Shown here one piece after another: positions 19,840 to 30,069 of a DNA stretch of 64,000 nucleotides. The notes under the pieces were generated by a model. That model did not search any database. It was not told where the DNA came from and saw only the letters and a program-made list of their open reading frames with translations. The stretch is taken from NCBI GenBank assembly GCA_963734535.1, contig CAVTHS010000004.1:96001-160000 (forward strand), in the 5' to 3' direction. The stretch is from an uncultured Chloroflexia bacterium (GTDB lineage: Bacteria > Chloroflexota > Limnocylindria > Limnocylindrales > CSP1-4). A program made the translations under genes and the position numbers. Position 1 is the first letter of the stretch, and every line of letters begins with the position of its first letter.

Positions 19840-21806
19840 CGCCCCGGCCGCCGCTCCCCGGCCGGATCCTGATCCCGGTCGCGAACCCCGCCACTGCAGA
19901 GGAGCTGATCCGCATCGGCGCGGCACTCCTCGATCCGCGCTCCGGCGAGCTGACCGCGCTCGGGATCGTGGAGGTCCCGGAGGAGATGCCGCTCTCCGAG
20001 GGCGCGACGAAGGCGCGCCAGGCCCGCAGGTTGCTCCAGAAGGTGCTCGACTACGCACCGGAGGGTACGCACGTCCGCCCCGTGGTCCGGATCGGGCGCC
20101 GCGCGGCCGAAGGGATCGTGGAGGCTGCCATCGAGCTCGAGGCGGACCTCGTCATCTTCGGCTGGGGCGGCCGCGTCGGCGGTCGTTCCACGAGAAGCGC
20201 GAGAGCCGCGGCGAAGGCAGGGTCCGGCGACGCCGACGCGGCGGTCCCGGCCGCTTCCGTCTTCAGCCCGACCATCGACGCGGTGGTCCGCGAGTCGCCC
20301 TGCGATATCGCCGTCGTCAAGCAGCGCCCGATGACCGACATCCACCGGATCCTGGTTCCCGTCCGCGGCGGACCGCATGCGGAGCTTGCCCTCGACTTCG
20401 CCGACGCACTCGCCCGCCGGCACGGCGCCCGCGTCACGGTGCTCCACGTCGTGCCACCCGGCCTGACCCCCGCGGTCCGGACCCAGGCGGAGCACGCACT
20501 GGCCCTCTTCCTGAAGCAGCACGTGCGCGGCCATGCCGACGGGCTCCTGCGCGAGGCCCCGAACGTGCGGAACGCGATCCTTCGCGAAGCGGACAAGTCC
20601 GATCTCGTGATCATGGGTGCGTCCGCCGCGCCCGAGGGTTCCGTCGACGACAACTTCCTGTTCGGCGTCCTCCCCGAGACGATCGCCGCGCGCGCCAGGC
20701 CGCCCGTCATCGTGGTGAAGACGCGGGAGCGGATCGACACGGCGACGTTCGAGGAGCTCGCCGCTCGGGCCGAATCACTCGCCGCCGCCGAGCGAGCCGC
20801 GGAGGAATCCCGGGCCGTGCCCGCCCGTGTCGAGCGCTGGTTCGGCGAATCGAACTTCCACCACGCGGAGTTCCGCGACCTTCGACGCCTCGTCGCGCTC
20901 AAGGAGAAGCAGGGCGTTACCGTGAGCCTCATCTTACCGACCCTGAACGAGGGGGCGACCATCGGGCCGATCGTGCGCCGTGCCCGGATGCTGCTCATGG
21001 AGGCCGTGCCGCTCGTGGACGAGCTGCTGGTGATCGACTCGGCATCCGATGACAGGACGTGCGAGATCGCGGCCCGCGAGGGCGCCCGGGTCGTGCAGCA
21101 CGCGGACGTCCTGACCCGCTACGGCTCCTACCGTGGGAAGGGCGAGTCACTCTGGAAGAGCCTCTACGAGTCCTTTGGCGACATCGTCGTGTGGTGCGAT
21201 ACCGACGTCCGCAACTGGCACCCGCGGATGGCCTACGGGACCCTGGGGCCGCTCCTCGTCGAGCCCCGGATCCAGTACGTCAAGGGCTACTACCAGCGCC
21301 CCATCGTGGAGGGCGGCGTGCTGCGCGAAGGCGGCGGGGGCCGCGTCACCGAGCTGGTCGCGCGGCCCCTGATCAACCTGTTCTACCCGGACCTCTCGGG
21401 GTTCATCCAGCCGCTCGCCGGCGAGTACGCCGGGCGCCGAAGCCTGCTCGAGTCGATCCCCTTCTTCACCGGCTACGCCGTCGAGATCGGGCATCTCATC
21501 GACATCGCGGAGCGGGCCGGCCTGGAGGCGCTTGGCCAGGTGGACCTGGAGCGCCGCATCCACCGCAACCAGGAGCTCGAGGGTCTCTCGCGGATGAGCT
21601 TCGTGATCATCCAGGCCGTCATGAAGCGGCTGGAGGAGCGCCGCCGCGCCCGGCTCTTCGCGGAGATGGGATCGACGATGAAGCTGCCTCGTTCGGGGGC
21701 CGACCGGCTGGGCCTCGAGGTCATCGAGCTCGCCGACCGCGAGCGCCCGCCGATGGTCCGCATCCCCGAGTACCTCGAGAAGCGCGCCGCGAACGAGGGC
21801 GGATAG
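19836..21806 (+). CDS. gpgS: Tandem universal stress protein domains fused to glucosyl-3-phosphoglycerate synthase
   Basis: Two USP domains ('ILIPVAN', 'ILVPVRGGPHA'); GpgS motifs 'PTLNEG', 'GKGESLW', 'GGRVTELVARP', 'QPLAGEY'; start overlaps the previous stop. Confidence 0.88.
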   Translation: MTPRPPLPGRILIPVANPATAEELIRIGAALLDPRSGELTALGIVEVPEEMPLSEGATKARQARRLLQKVLDYAPEGTHVRPVVRIGRRAAEGIVEAAIELEADLVIFGWGGRVGGRSTRSARAAAKAGSGDADAAVPAASVFSPTIDAVVRESPCDIAVVKQRPMTDIHRILVPVRGGPHAELALDFADALARRHGARVTVLHVVPPGLTPAVRTQAEHALALFLKQHVRGHADGLLREAPNVRNAILREADKSDLVIMGASAAPEGSVDDNFLFGVLPETIAARARPPVIVVKTRERIDTATFEELAARAESLAAAERAAEESRAVPARVERWFGESNFHHAEFRDLRRLVALKEKQGVTVSLILPTLNEGATIGPIVRRARMLLMEAVPLVDELLVIDSASDDRTCEIAAREGARVVQHADVLTRYGSYRGKGESLWKSLYESFGDIVVWCDTDVRNWHPRMAYGTLGPLLVEPRIQYVKGYYQRPIVEGGVLREGGGGRVTELVARPLINLFYPDLSGFIQPLAGEYAGRRSLLESIPFFTGYAVEIGHLIDIAERAGLEALGQVDLERRIHRNQELEGLSRMSFVIIQAVMKRLEERRRARLFAEMGSTMKLPRSGADRLGLEVIELADRERPPMVRIPEYLEKRAANEGG

Positions 21807-21809
21807 CGG

Positions 21810-23093
21810 GTGCCGGCGGAGGATGACGGGCCTGGCGCCGCCACGGCTGTCCGCGCGAGTGTCGGCCCGCGCGGCCGACCGCTCACCGTTCTCGTCGCGC
21901 CGGACTCCTTCAAGGGGTCGCTGACGTCCGTCGAGGTGGCGCGGGCCCTCGCGTCCGGCTGGGCGCGCGCTCGCCCGGACGACCGCCTGGTCCTCGCGCC
22001 GCTCGCCGACGGCGGGGAGGGGACGCTCGTCGCCATCGAGGCCGCTGGCGGCTGGACGTGGCAGGAAGCCGAAGCGCACGATCCGCTGGGCCGGCCGCTC
22101 ACCGCGAGGTGGCTCCGCAGCACCGACGGAACCCGCGCGGTCGTGGAGCTCGCGGCGGCATCCGGCCTCTCGCGACTGTCGCCCGCGGAACGGGATCCCG
22201 CGGGCGCCTCGACGTACGGGACCGGAGAGGTGCTCCGTGCGGTCCTCGACGCGGGGGTCAGGCGGATCGACCTGGGCGTCGGCGGCAGCGCGACCACCGA
22301 CGGCGGTCTCGGCATCCTCGCGGCGCTTGGGCTCGCGATGACGATCCAGCCGGCGGTTGCCGTCCACCTGGAGGAGCTGGACCCGCGCCTCGCGGAGGTC
22401 TCCCTGCGAATCGCGTGCGACGTGACGAACCCGCTCCTGGGGCCGCGCGGCGCAGCAGCGGTCTACGGGCCGCAGAAGGGTGCGAGCCCGCCCGACGTGC
22501 ACGAGCTCGACGGGGCGCTCGGCCGCTGGGCGGATGCCCTCGAGGCCGCAACCGGTCGCCGCGAGCGCGACACGCCCGGGGCCGGCGCGGCCGGCGGGGC
22601 CACGTTCGGGCTCGCCTGCCTGCGCGACCGCTTTGCAGGGTTCGCCATCCGGCCCGGTGTCGAGCTCGTGATGGACGCCGCGGGCTTCGCGGCGTCGCTC
22701 GCGCGGGCCGATCTCGTCGTCACCGGCGAGGGCCGGATCGACGGCCAGACCGCATTCGGCAAGACCGCGCTCGGCGTGGCCCAGCGAGCCGCCGCGGCCG
22801 GGGTCGGGTGCATCGCCGTCGGCGGCGGCGTGGAACCGGACGGGATCCTGGCGCTTGCCGGTGTCGGCGCGATCGCGGTGCCGGTGGCAGAGCGCCCGCA
22901 GTCCGTCGAGGAGGCGATGGCGGCCGGCGCGGCGCCCCTCGAACGCTGCGGCGAGCGCCTCGCGCGGCTGGTCGGGATCGGGCGGGACATGTCTGCCCCG
23001 GATACGCGTTCGCCGCGCGTCCCCGGACATGGCCAGGTCGTGATCCAGGACAACGCACACGACCCTCGCGCGGAGTTCGAGAAGCACTCGTGA
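21810..23093 (+). CDS. glxK: Glycerate kinase (GlxK/GarK family)
   Basis: 'APDSFKGSL', 'ADGGEGT', 'GGSATTDGG', 'GAGAAGG', 'TGEGRID.QT..GK'. Confidence 0.92.
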   Translation: MPAEDDGPGAATAVRASVGPRGRPLTVLVAPDSFKGSLTSVEVARALASGWARARPDDRLVLAPLADGGEGTLVAIEAAGGWTWQEAEAHDPLGRPLTARWLRSTDGTRAVVELAAASGLSRLSPAERDPAGASTYGTGEVLRAVLDAGVRRIDLGVGGSATTDGGLGILAALGLAMTIQPAVAVHLEELDPRLAEVSLRIACDVTNPLLGPRGAAAVYGPQKGASPPDVHELDGALGRWADALEAATGRRERDTPGAGAAGGATFGLACLRDRFAGFAIRPGVELVMDAAGFAASLARADLVVTGEGRIDGQTAFGKTALGVAQRAAAAGVGCIAVGGGVEPDGILALAGVGAIAVPVAERPQSVEEAMAAGAAPLERCGERLARLVGIGRDMSAPDTRSPRVPGHGQVVIQDNAHDPRAEFEKHS

Positions 23094-23941
23094 GGGCGCG
23101 GCTTCCGACGCCCGCGGGACGACGCTCGCGCCGCCGGCCCGACCCCGCAGTCACCTGGGCCCGCAGCCTGCGTCGTCGCCGGCCCGGGCTCGTCGAGTTC
23201 ATGATCGAGCGGCTGAGCGGCCTCTACGGCGTCCCGGCGCCCGCGCAGCGCCTGGACCCGGTCAGCGAGCTTGTCCTCACGATCCTCTCCCAGAACACCG
23301 CCGACCTGAACTCGGAGCGTGCCTTCGAGGCGCTCCGCGCGGCCTACCCGTCGGGCGCGCCGGTCACGACCCACCGCGTGGTCGGGCCCGACGGAGCGGA
23401 GGCCCCGCCGGAGGGTTGGGGTGGCATCGGGCTGGCGCCCGGCGCGCCGCCGGACTGGTCGGCGGTCGAGGATGCCGACGTCGGCGCCGTGATCGACGTC
23501 ATCCGGATCGGCGGGCTTGCGAACCAGAAGGGGCCGCGGATCCAGGCGGCGCTGCGCACCATCCGCGAACGCAGCGGCGGCTACGACCTGGGCTTCCTTG
23601 CCGCGCTGCCGCCCCGCGACGCCCGCGACTGGCTGGTCGCGATCCCGGGGATCGGGCGCAAGACCGCGTCGATCGTGCTGCTCTTCTGCTTCGGGATGCC
23701 GCTCATGCCCGTCGACACGCACGTTGAACGCGTGAGCAGGCGGATCGGGCTCGCGCCGCCGTCGGCGGGCCCGGACGAGCAGCACGAGATCTATGCGCAC
23801 CTCCTCGCCCCCGACCAGTTCTACGCGGCCCACGTCCTGCTGATCCAGCACGGCCGCCGGACCTGCGACGCCCGCCGCCCCGCCTGCGACCGCTGCCCGA
23901 TCGCCCCTCGCTGCCGCTTCTTCGACCCGAAGGCTGCCTGA
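23090..23941 (+). CDS. nth: Endonuclease III family DNA glycosylase (HhH-GPD, Fe-S)
   Basis: 'ILSQNT', HhH 'IPGIGRKTA', 'PVDTH', C-x6-C-x2-C-x5-C. Confidence 0.88.
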   Translation: MRARLPTPAGRRSRRRPDPAVTWARSLRRRRPGLVEFMIERLSGLYGVPAPAQRLDPVSELVLTILSQNTADLNSERAFEALRAAYPSGAPVTTHRVVGPDGAEAPPEGWGGIGLAPGAPPDWSAVEDADVGAVIDVIRIGGLANQKGPRIQAALRTIRERSGGYDLGFLAALPPRDARDWLVAIPGIGRKTASIVLLFCFGMPLMPVDTHVERVSRRIGLAPPSAGPDEQHEIYAHLLAPDQFYAAHVLLIQHGRRTCDARRPACDRCPIAPRCRFFDPKAA

Positions 23942-24015
23942 GGGGAAGCGGCGGCCGACGAGCTTCCTCACGCGTCCCCGGCATCGCCTGCACGAGCGTG
24001 GGCTATCCTCCGAGC

Positions 24016-24738
24016 GTGCTGATCCCCGGTGGGCCGGGCGGCCGCGAACGCCCGGCGCGACTCCTCCTGGTCGACGACGACGCGAACCTGCTGGTCGTCC
24101 TCGCCGAGCAGCTGCGCGCCGACGGCTACGAGGTGGCGACGGCGCGCGACGGCATCGAGGCGCTGCGCCGCCTGGAGAATTCCTGGCCCGACCTCGTCCT
24201 GCTCGACATGATGATGCCGCGCCTCGACGGGATCTCCCTCGCGCGCGAGATCAAGGCCCGCGCCGACCTTCCGATCATTGTCCTGACCGCGATCGACGCC
24301 GCCGACTCGAAGGCGGAGCTCCTCGACGAGGTGGCCGAGGACTACGTCACGAAGCCGTACCACTACCCCGAGCTGCGAGCACGGATCAACCGCGTGCTTC
24401 GACGCCTGGGCGACCGCCTGCCGGGCCAGCGGATCGTGCTGGGACCTGAGCTCGCGCTCGAGCTCGGCCGGCGCGCCGCGACGGTCAACGGTGCGGACGT
24501 GTCGCTGACGCCAACGGAGTCAAGGCTCCTGTACGCGCTCGCTGCCAACCTGGGCAAGACCGTCACGACCGAGACGCTCGTGGCCCGAGGCTGGGCCGAC
24601 ACGGACGGTGCCGATCCCTCGTACGTCTGGGTCACGATGCGCCGGCTGCGGCAGAAGATCGAGCCCGACGCGAACCGCCCCCGCCACCTGATCACCGTCC
24701 GCGGGATCGGCTACCGCCTCGAGGCGGATGCGAGGTGA
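24016..24738 (+). CDS. OmpR-family response regulator
   Basis: Receiver 'LVDDD', 'LLDMMMP', 'KPY'; winged helix 'LTPTE..LRQKIE..TVRGIGY'. Confidence 0.92.
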   Translation: MLIPGGPGGRERPARLLLVDDDANLLVVLAEQLRADGYEVATARDGIEALRRLENSWPDLVLLDMMMPRLDGISLAREIKARADLPIIVLTAIDAADSKAELLDEVAEDYVTKPYHYPELRARINRVLRRLGDRLPGQRIVLGPELALELGRRAATVNGADVSLTPTESRLLYALAANLGKTVTTETLVARGWADTDGADPSYVWVTMRRLRQKIEPDANRPRHLITVRGIGYRLEADAR

Positions 24739-26209
24739 TCCCCTTCCGGATCCGGATCCTGGCCGCCCTGCTGATCGCGGCGCTGGCACCGCTCTCTGCG
24801 TTCGGCGCGCTGCTCGTGATCACCGGGCGGCCGGACAGTGACGGCAGCCTCTTCCGGATCCTGCTCACGTCGTTCGTGATCGCCGCGCTGGTCGGCCTCG
24901 GAATCGCCTTCGTCGTGGCCGGCAGTCTCACCGCACCCCTTCGAGCCCTTGCCACGGCCCTCGACCGGATCGCGGCGGGCGACACGAGCGCGCCGCTCCC
25001 CGCTCTTGCGGACGACGAGCTGGGCCGTCTCGCGGAGCGCCAGAACCAGCTCGCCGGCGACCTCCTGCGCCGCAACCGACAGGTTGCGAAGGTCGTCGAC
25101 GCGGTTGGCACCTACTCACCACGCGAGGGCGCCGACCGCCTCGTGGACCTCGCGATCGCCGATGCGCGGTCGGCGTTCGGACTGATCGACGCTCGGATCG
25201 TGCTCGGCGACCCGTCGGACATCCCCATCGAGGAACGCGTCCCGGGCGACCCACTGCCGGTGCGCGCAGACCTGCTGGCCGGTGCCGAGCCGCTCGGTGC
25301 GCTCGTCGGCCACGCTTCTGCGACGGCGCGGTGGGATCGCGCCGACCAGGACCTCCTCGAGCTGTTCGCGGCGGTCGTTGGCGTCGGCCTGCGCAACGCG
25401 GAGCTGTTCGCCCGCGTGGCCGACCAGAACGACCGGCTCCGGGAGCTGGACGCGGCGAAGGACGACTTCCTGCGCGGCGTCAGCCACAACCTCCAGACGC
25501 CGCTGGCCCGGATTCGCGCCTACGCCGATCAGCTGGCTGCCGAGGTCCCCGACCGACGCCTCGGGATCATCGCCGAGCAGAGCGACCGGCTGTCGCGGAT
25601 GGTGCGCCAGCTCCTGACCGTCAGCCGGCTGGACTCCGGCGTCCTCCGCCCCATTGCCGAGGTCTTCGCGCTCGGACCGCGCGTCCGGCGTGCGTGGGAG
25701 GCACTCGGTGCAGTCGGGGTCCCGTTCACGCTCGACGATCGCGCCGGCGGCTGGCTTGCCCTCGCCGACCCCGACCAGGTGGACCAGGTGATCTGGGGTC
25801 TGCTCGACAACGCGGTGAAGTACGGGGCAGGGTCACCGATCACGGTGAGCGTGTCGCTCGTCCGCGGCGAGGGCGACGCGGAGGGCGGTGCCGAAGGGCG
25901 GCCGGCGGGCGGCGGCACCCTGCGGATGCGGGTCGCGGACGCGGGACCCGGGATCACCGACTCCGATCGCGGGCGCCTCTTCGAACGCTACGCGCGGGGC
26001 ACGCTTCTCGGCGCCGAAGGCACGGGCCTCGGCCTCTACGTCGCGCGCGAGCTGGCGCGCGCCAACGGCGGCGACCTGCTGCTATGCCCGCTGGACCGGA
26101 TGTCCGGCGATCAGCCGACGGGGAACGCGCGGGCTCGGTCGACGCGTCGGCCGCGACCGGCGCTGCGTTCACGCTGTCGCTCCCGGCGGAATCCCCCACC
26201 GAGGGATAG
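24735..26209 (+). CDS. HAMP-GAF sensor histidine kinase; apparent frameshift near 26080-26160
   Basis: Two TM segments, HAMP, 'SHNLQTPL', 'LLDNAVKY', 'DAGPG', 'GTGLGL'; the terminal 'GAAFTLSLP' is in the -1 frame ending at 26209. Confidence 0.85.
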
Positions 26210-26261
26210 CCCTCCGGGGCGCCGGCAGGAGCCGGTCGCCCGCGCGACGTTCGGCGTTTCG

Positions 26262-26927
26262 CTAGAGAACGCTGCGCCCTCGAACCATGCCGGGTTGGAG
26301 CTCGGTCGCGGCGACGATGTGGCGACGGTTGACCAGCGCAAAGCCATACCGCGAGATGACCCGGCGGTCCGCGAGCGAGCGGGTGCGGACGTCGGTCATC
26401 GGGATCCACATCGGGCTGGGCGACTCGATGAAGGACGCGAGGACGGCCTCCCGATTGAGATGGACCTCACCCGTGAGCGTGTGACCAGGCGTCACCACGA
26501 TGAGCTGGAAGGCGCGCTTATCCATGAATTCCAGACCCGCCGTCTCACGCTCGTCGACGTCCGTCGCCTGCCCGATCAGGGTCACCTCTTCGGGGCTCAC
26601 CCAGAGGTTCGGTGAGGTCACCTTCGTCGGATCGCCGTTGCGGCGGAGGACCGTGACGTCGCGCAGCGAGATCAGCCCTTCGTGGTTGTTCACGAAATCG
26701 GAAAGCCGGCGATGAAAGCCGATGATCACGGTCCCCGATAGCCGCAGGTGCTGGCCCACCAGCTCGATCGGGAGCCCCTCGGCCCCGGCCTGCGGGGGTT
26801 CCGGCGCAACCGCACCGAAGACCAGCGCTTCCAGGTGCGTCGCGGCGTCGCCGTCCACGATCTGGTCGTCGCGATCTGCGGAGTCCGCGAACGCCTGGCT
26901 GGCGTCGGCTCGAGGTTGCTCGGTCAT
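26262..26927 (-). CDS. Hypothetical protein with two tandem beta-rich repeats (DUF6812-like)
   Basis: 'LRLSGTV..RRLSDFVN..ISLRDV' and 'HTLTGEVH..LASFIE..IPMTDV..LVNRRHI'. Confidence 0.6.
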   Translation of the reverse strand: MTEQPRADASQAFADSADRDDQIVDGDAATHLEALVFGAVAPEPPQAGAEGLPIELVGQHLRLSGTVIIGFHRRLSDFVNNHEGLISLRDVTVLRRNGDPTKVTSPNLWVSPEEVTLIGQATDVDERETAGLEFMDKRAFQLIVVTPGHTLTGEVHLNREAVLASFIESPSPMWIPMTDVRTRSLADRRVISRYGFALVNRRHIVAATELQPGMVRGRSVL

Positions 26928-27336
26928 CGTACGGCTCCGTCCTGCATGGATGTCCGCGACGGCGATCGGGGCCCGCCACGGTGAGTACGCGGCCGCGCAC
27001 CCCCGCCGCGGAGCATGGCGCTTCCGGCCCGCGCCGTTGCCTGCCACAGGGTCCGAGCCACGCCGGGGTGCTCCCATCGTACCGCAGCCGTGCGGGTCCG
27101 CTCGGGACGACCCTGGGCCACGCACCTGGGAGGTGGCACCTCGTGCCGACGTTTCGCGACCATGTTGGCCCACCTGCCCATGGAATCGGCAGGATCGGCG
27201 GCCTCGTCCTTGTCGAGCGCCGGAGTACCCTGAGCGTATCGCGGGTCTGCCCGTGGAGTGGAATTGACGCGGCGACGGCGACGGCGGCGGCGGCGGGAGT
27301 GCAACGGCGCCAGGTGGCGTCCGCCAACGAACCGAG

Positions 27337-28206
27337 GTGATCTCGATCGCATTCCTTCGGCGGCTGCTGGGCCTGGACCACCCGGAGGTCACGCTCGACC
27401 CCGAGGAGGTGGTCGCGTCGCCGCAGCCCGTGCCGACCGCGCCCGCGCCCATCACGTCGGTCGCGTGCCCGAACTGCGGGATCGCGCTGGACCCGCCTCC
27501 CGATCACACGCGACGGTGCCCACGCTGCCGGCGCCAGATCGTGGTCCGCCACTCCGATGGTCGTGCGATCTACCTGACGGCGGCGGCCGTGGAGGTCTTC
27601 GAAGCGGAACGCGAGCACGAGATCGAGGAGCAGCTGTGGGCACGCGAACGGCGCAGGTGGCTCCAGCTGGCACAGCGTGTTGGCGCCCCGCCCGAACGAC
27701 GGCGGCGCCTGGCCGCCGCTGCGTTGACCGCCGCGTCGGTCACGGCTTCGAGGAGTCTCTACCTGGCCGCTGCCGAGCACGCCGTACGAGCAGCCCGGCG
27801 CGACAAGCGCTGGGCCGAATTGGCGCAGATCCGGCGGCGCCAGGCCACCGCGCTCCACGAGGAGGCGGGCGCCCATCTCCCGCCGTCGGACGAGATCGTC
27901 GCCCTCTATCGCGAGGGCGTCGCGGCCACCCTCCGGAAGCTCGCCCAGGTCTCGCGCGACGCGGAGCTCGTCGGGGCCTCCTGCTGCCAGGCGTGTCGCG
28001 CCGACAACGAGCGCATCTTCCGGATCGCCGATGAGCTTCGTACGCCCCGGCTGCCACATGCCGGCTGCCCGCGCGGCCTCTGCACGTGCGACTGGTGGCC
28101 AACGCTGACCGGCGCCGCGAAGAAGCCTCGCCGCCGCCGGGCGCCGGCGCCTCCCCGGACCGCGGATGACGTGACACCGGTGGGCGACGTCGGCTCCGAC
28201 GCCTGA
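27337..28206 (+). CDS. Hypothetical protein with two Cys clusters
   Basis: CPNC..CPRC near the N-terminus; CCxxC..PHxxCxxxxCxC near the C-terminus; GAGG RBS. Confidence 0.65.
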   Translation: MISIAFLRRLLGLDHPEVTLDPEEVVASPQPVPTAPAPITSVACPNCGIALDPPPDHTRRCPRCRRQIVVRHSDGRAIYLTAAAVEVFEAEREHEIEEQLWARERRRWLQLAQRVGAPPERRRRLAAAALTAASVTASRSLYLAAAEHAVRAARRDKRWAELAQIRRRQATALHEEAGAHLPPSDEIVALYREGVAATLRKLAQVSRDAELVGASCCQACRADNERIFRIADELRTPRLPHAGCPRGLCTCDWWPTLTGAAKKPRRRRAPAPPRTADDVTPVGDVGSDA

Positions 28207-28227
28207 CCGTGGTAGCCTCAGCACGCC

Positions 28228-28704
28228 ATGAACGCTGACGCCGGACCGCGCGGAGAGCCAGCTTCTCTCGCGCCACGCCGCGTCCACATGGTCCGGCGAT
28301 TCGGGGCCCCACCGTCGCGCGTGTATCGCTGCTGGACGGTGCCCGAGGAGCTGATCCGCTGGTTCCCGCAGCGGGTGGAGGGCTCGCTTGCGGTGGGAAC
28401 CCGGAGCACCCTGGTCTTCCCCGACCAGCGAGTCTGGTGGGACGTGACCGTCGTCGAGAGCGACCGCCGCTTCGAGTTCCGCTGGCCGTGGCTGCCGGGC
28501 GAGAGCTGGGAGACAACGGTCTCGGTGCGCCTGGAGCCGGCCGGCTACGGGACGCTCCTGACCCTCACGGACGGCCCGTTCGACCTGGGCGTCCCGGGCG
28601 TCCTCGACGCGTACGCCGAGGCGCTCGAGGGCTGGGCCGAGGCGCTCGCCTGGCTTCGCGGCGTCGTGGACTTCTCCTCGGACCTGCGCACCCGCCCGTA
28701 CTGA
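28228..28704 (+). CDS. SRPBCC (AHA1/START-like) domain protein
   Basis: 'APPSRVYRCWT.PEEL.RWF', 'FEFRW', 'GT.LTLT', 'GW...L..L'. Confidence 0.85.
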   Translation: MNADAGPRGEPASLAPRRVHMVRRFGAPPSRVYRCWTVPEELIRWFPQRVEGSLAVGTRSTLVFPDQRVWWDVTVVESDRRFEFRWPWLPGESWETTVSVRLEPAGYGTLLTLTDGPFDLGVPGVLDAYAEALEGWAEALAWLRGVVDFSSDLRTRPY

Positions 28705-28743
28705 TCACCCGGTCGCGAAGAGGCGCTGCTGCTGCTCCGCGCC

Positions 28744-30069
28744 CTACCCGCGGTGCGCGAACGCCGCGGTGAAGAGCGCGCGGGCGCTCGGCTTCTGGCC
28801 GTAGGTGAGGACACCCGCGGCGTAGATGCGGGCGGCGACCCACAGGCACACGACGATCGCGATGACCAGGAGCCCGGACGCGAGCGCCAGGTCCAGCGGG
28901 CCGGCCAGGCCGGTCGCGAACCGCGAGAGCATCAGGTAGGGACTCACGAAGGGCACGTACGAGAGGATGACCACCCAGCCGGCATCGGCCGGGATGAGCC
29001 CGGACGAGGTGTACACGGCGATGAAGTAGCCGGCCATGCCGACGAGCGTCATCGGCGCGGCGACGGAGTTGATGTCCTCCATCCGGCTCACCAGCGACCC
29101 GGCGGCCGCGTACAGGACTGCGTAGAGCAGGAAACCGAGCACGAACAGCACGGCAAACGCGAACAGGAGTGTTGGTGTCAGGCCGGACGCCGCGGGTGCA
29201 GCCGCCGCTGCCGCGTCGCCGAGGAGGATCGCCGCTATCCGGTCCTGGAGCATGAGCGCGATCACTGCCGGGATGATCGCCGCCACGTACTGGGTAAGAC
29301 CGAGCGATCCGACGCCGACCACCTTGCCGGCAAGCAGCTCGAACGGGCTCGCCGCGTTGAGGACGATCTCCATGACCCGGTTGCTCTTCTCCTCCGCGAC
29401 GGACATCGCGACCCACTGGCCGTAGAGGATGATCGCCATGAACAGGAAGATGACGAGCGCCTGGCCGGTCAGCGGCCCACTCATCTCCCCGGCGAAGTCC
29501 TTGGGCTGCTCTCCGGGCTTGGGAGGCGTGGGTCCGACCACGGTGACCGAGGGCGGGACGCCGAGCGAATCGAGCTTGTCGGCCGGGTAGCCGCCGCGCA
29601 GCAGCCGGTCCGTGGTGGCCAGCACGCTGGCGCCCTGCCGCAGGTAGAGCGGGGTCCGAAGCGTGGGGCCGTCCTTCGAGACGATCGTGAAGACGAGGTC
29701 GCCGGCCGGGTCCCGGGTCATGTCGAGGACGGCGGAGAGATCGCCCTTCTCGACCGCTTCACGCCCGGCGGCGGAGTCCGAGACCGTGCTGAACGTGAAC
29801 GGGCCCTTGCCGCCCGGGGTGGCCGGCAGGTTGATGGTCGCGTCGAGGCGCGCGATCGGGTCGAACGAGAGCGTGGTCGACGTGTGGATGCCGACCTTGG
29901 CGGTCGAGTCGCGGTCGAGCCAGCGGACCGCGAGCGGCGCCAGCGTCACGAGGACGGCGGCCACGACGAGGAAGACGGTCGCGACCTTGAAGGAGCGGGT
30001 CCGCGCCCGGACCAGGTACTCGCGGCGCGCAATGGTGACGATGTTGGCGATCCGGATGTTCATCGTCAT
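28744..30069 (-). CDS. ABC-2 type transporter permease (NatB/YhaP-like)
   Basis: 'IARREY', 'VAEEKSNRVME', 'GKV.G', multiple TM segments. Confidence 0.9.
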   Translation of the reverse strand: MTMNIRIANIVTIARREYLVRARTRSFKVATVFLVVAAVLVTLAPLAVRWLDRDSTAKVGIHTSTTLSFDPIARLDATINLPATPGGKGPFTFSTVSDSAAGREAVEKGDLSAVLDMTRDPAGDLVFTIVSKDGPTLRTPLYLRQGASVLATTDRLLRGGYPADKLDSLGVPPSVTVVGPTPPKPGEQPKDFAGEMSGPLTGQALVIFLFMAIILYGQWVAMSVAEEKSNRVMEIVLNAASPFELLAGKVVGVGSLGLTQYVAAIIPAVIALMLQDRIAAILLGDAAAAAAPAASGLTPTLLFAFAVLFVLGFLLYAVLYAAAGSLVSRMEDINSVAAPMTLVGMAGYFIAVYTSSGLIPADAGWVVILSYVPFVSPYLMLSRFATGLAGPLDLALASGLLVIAIVVCLWVAARIYAAGVLTYGQKPSARALFTAAFAHRG

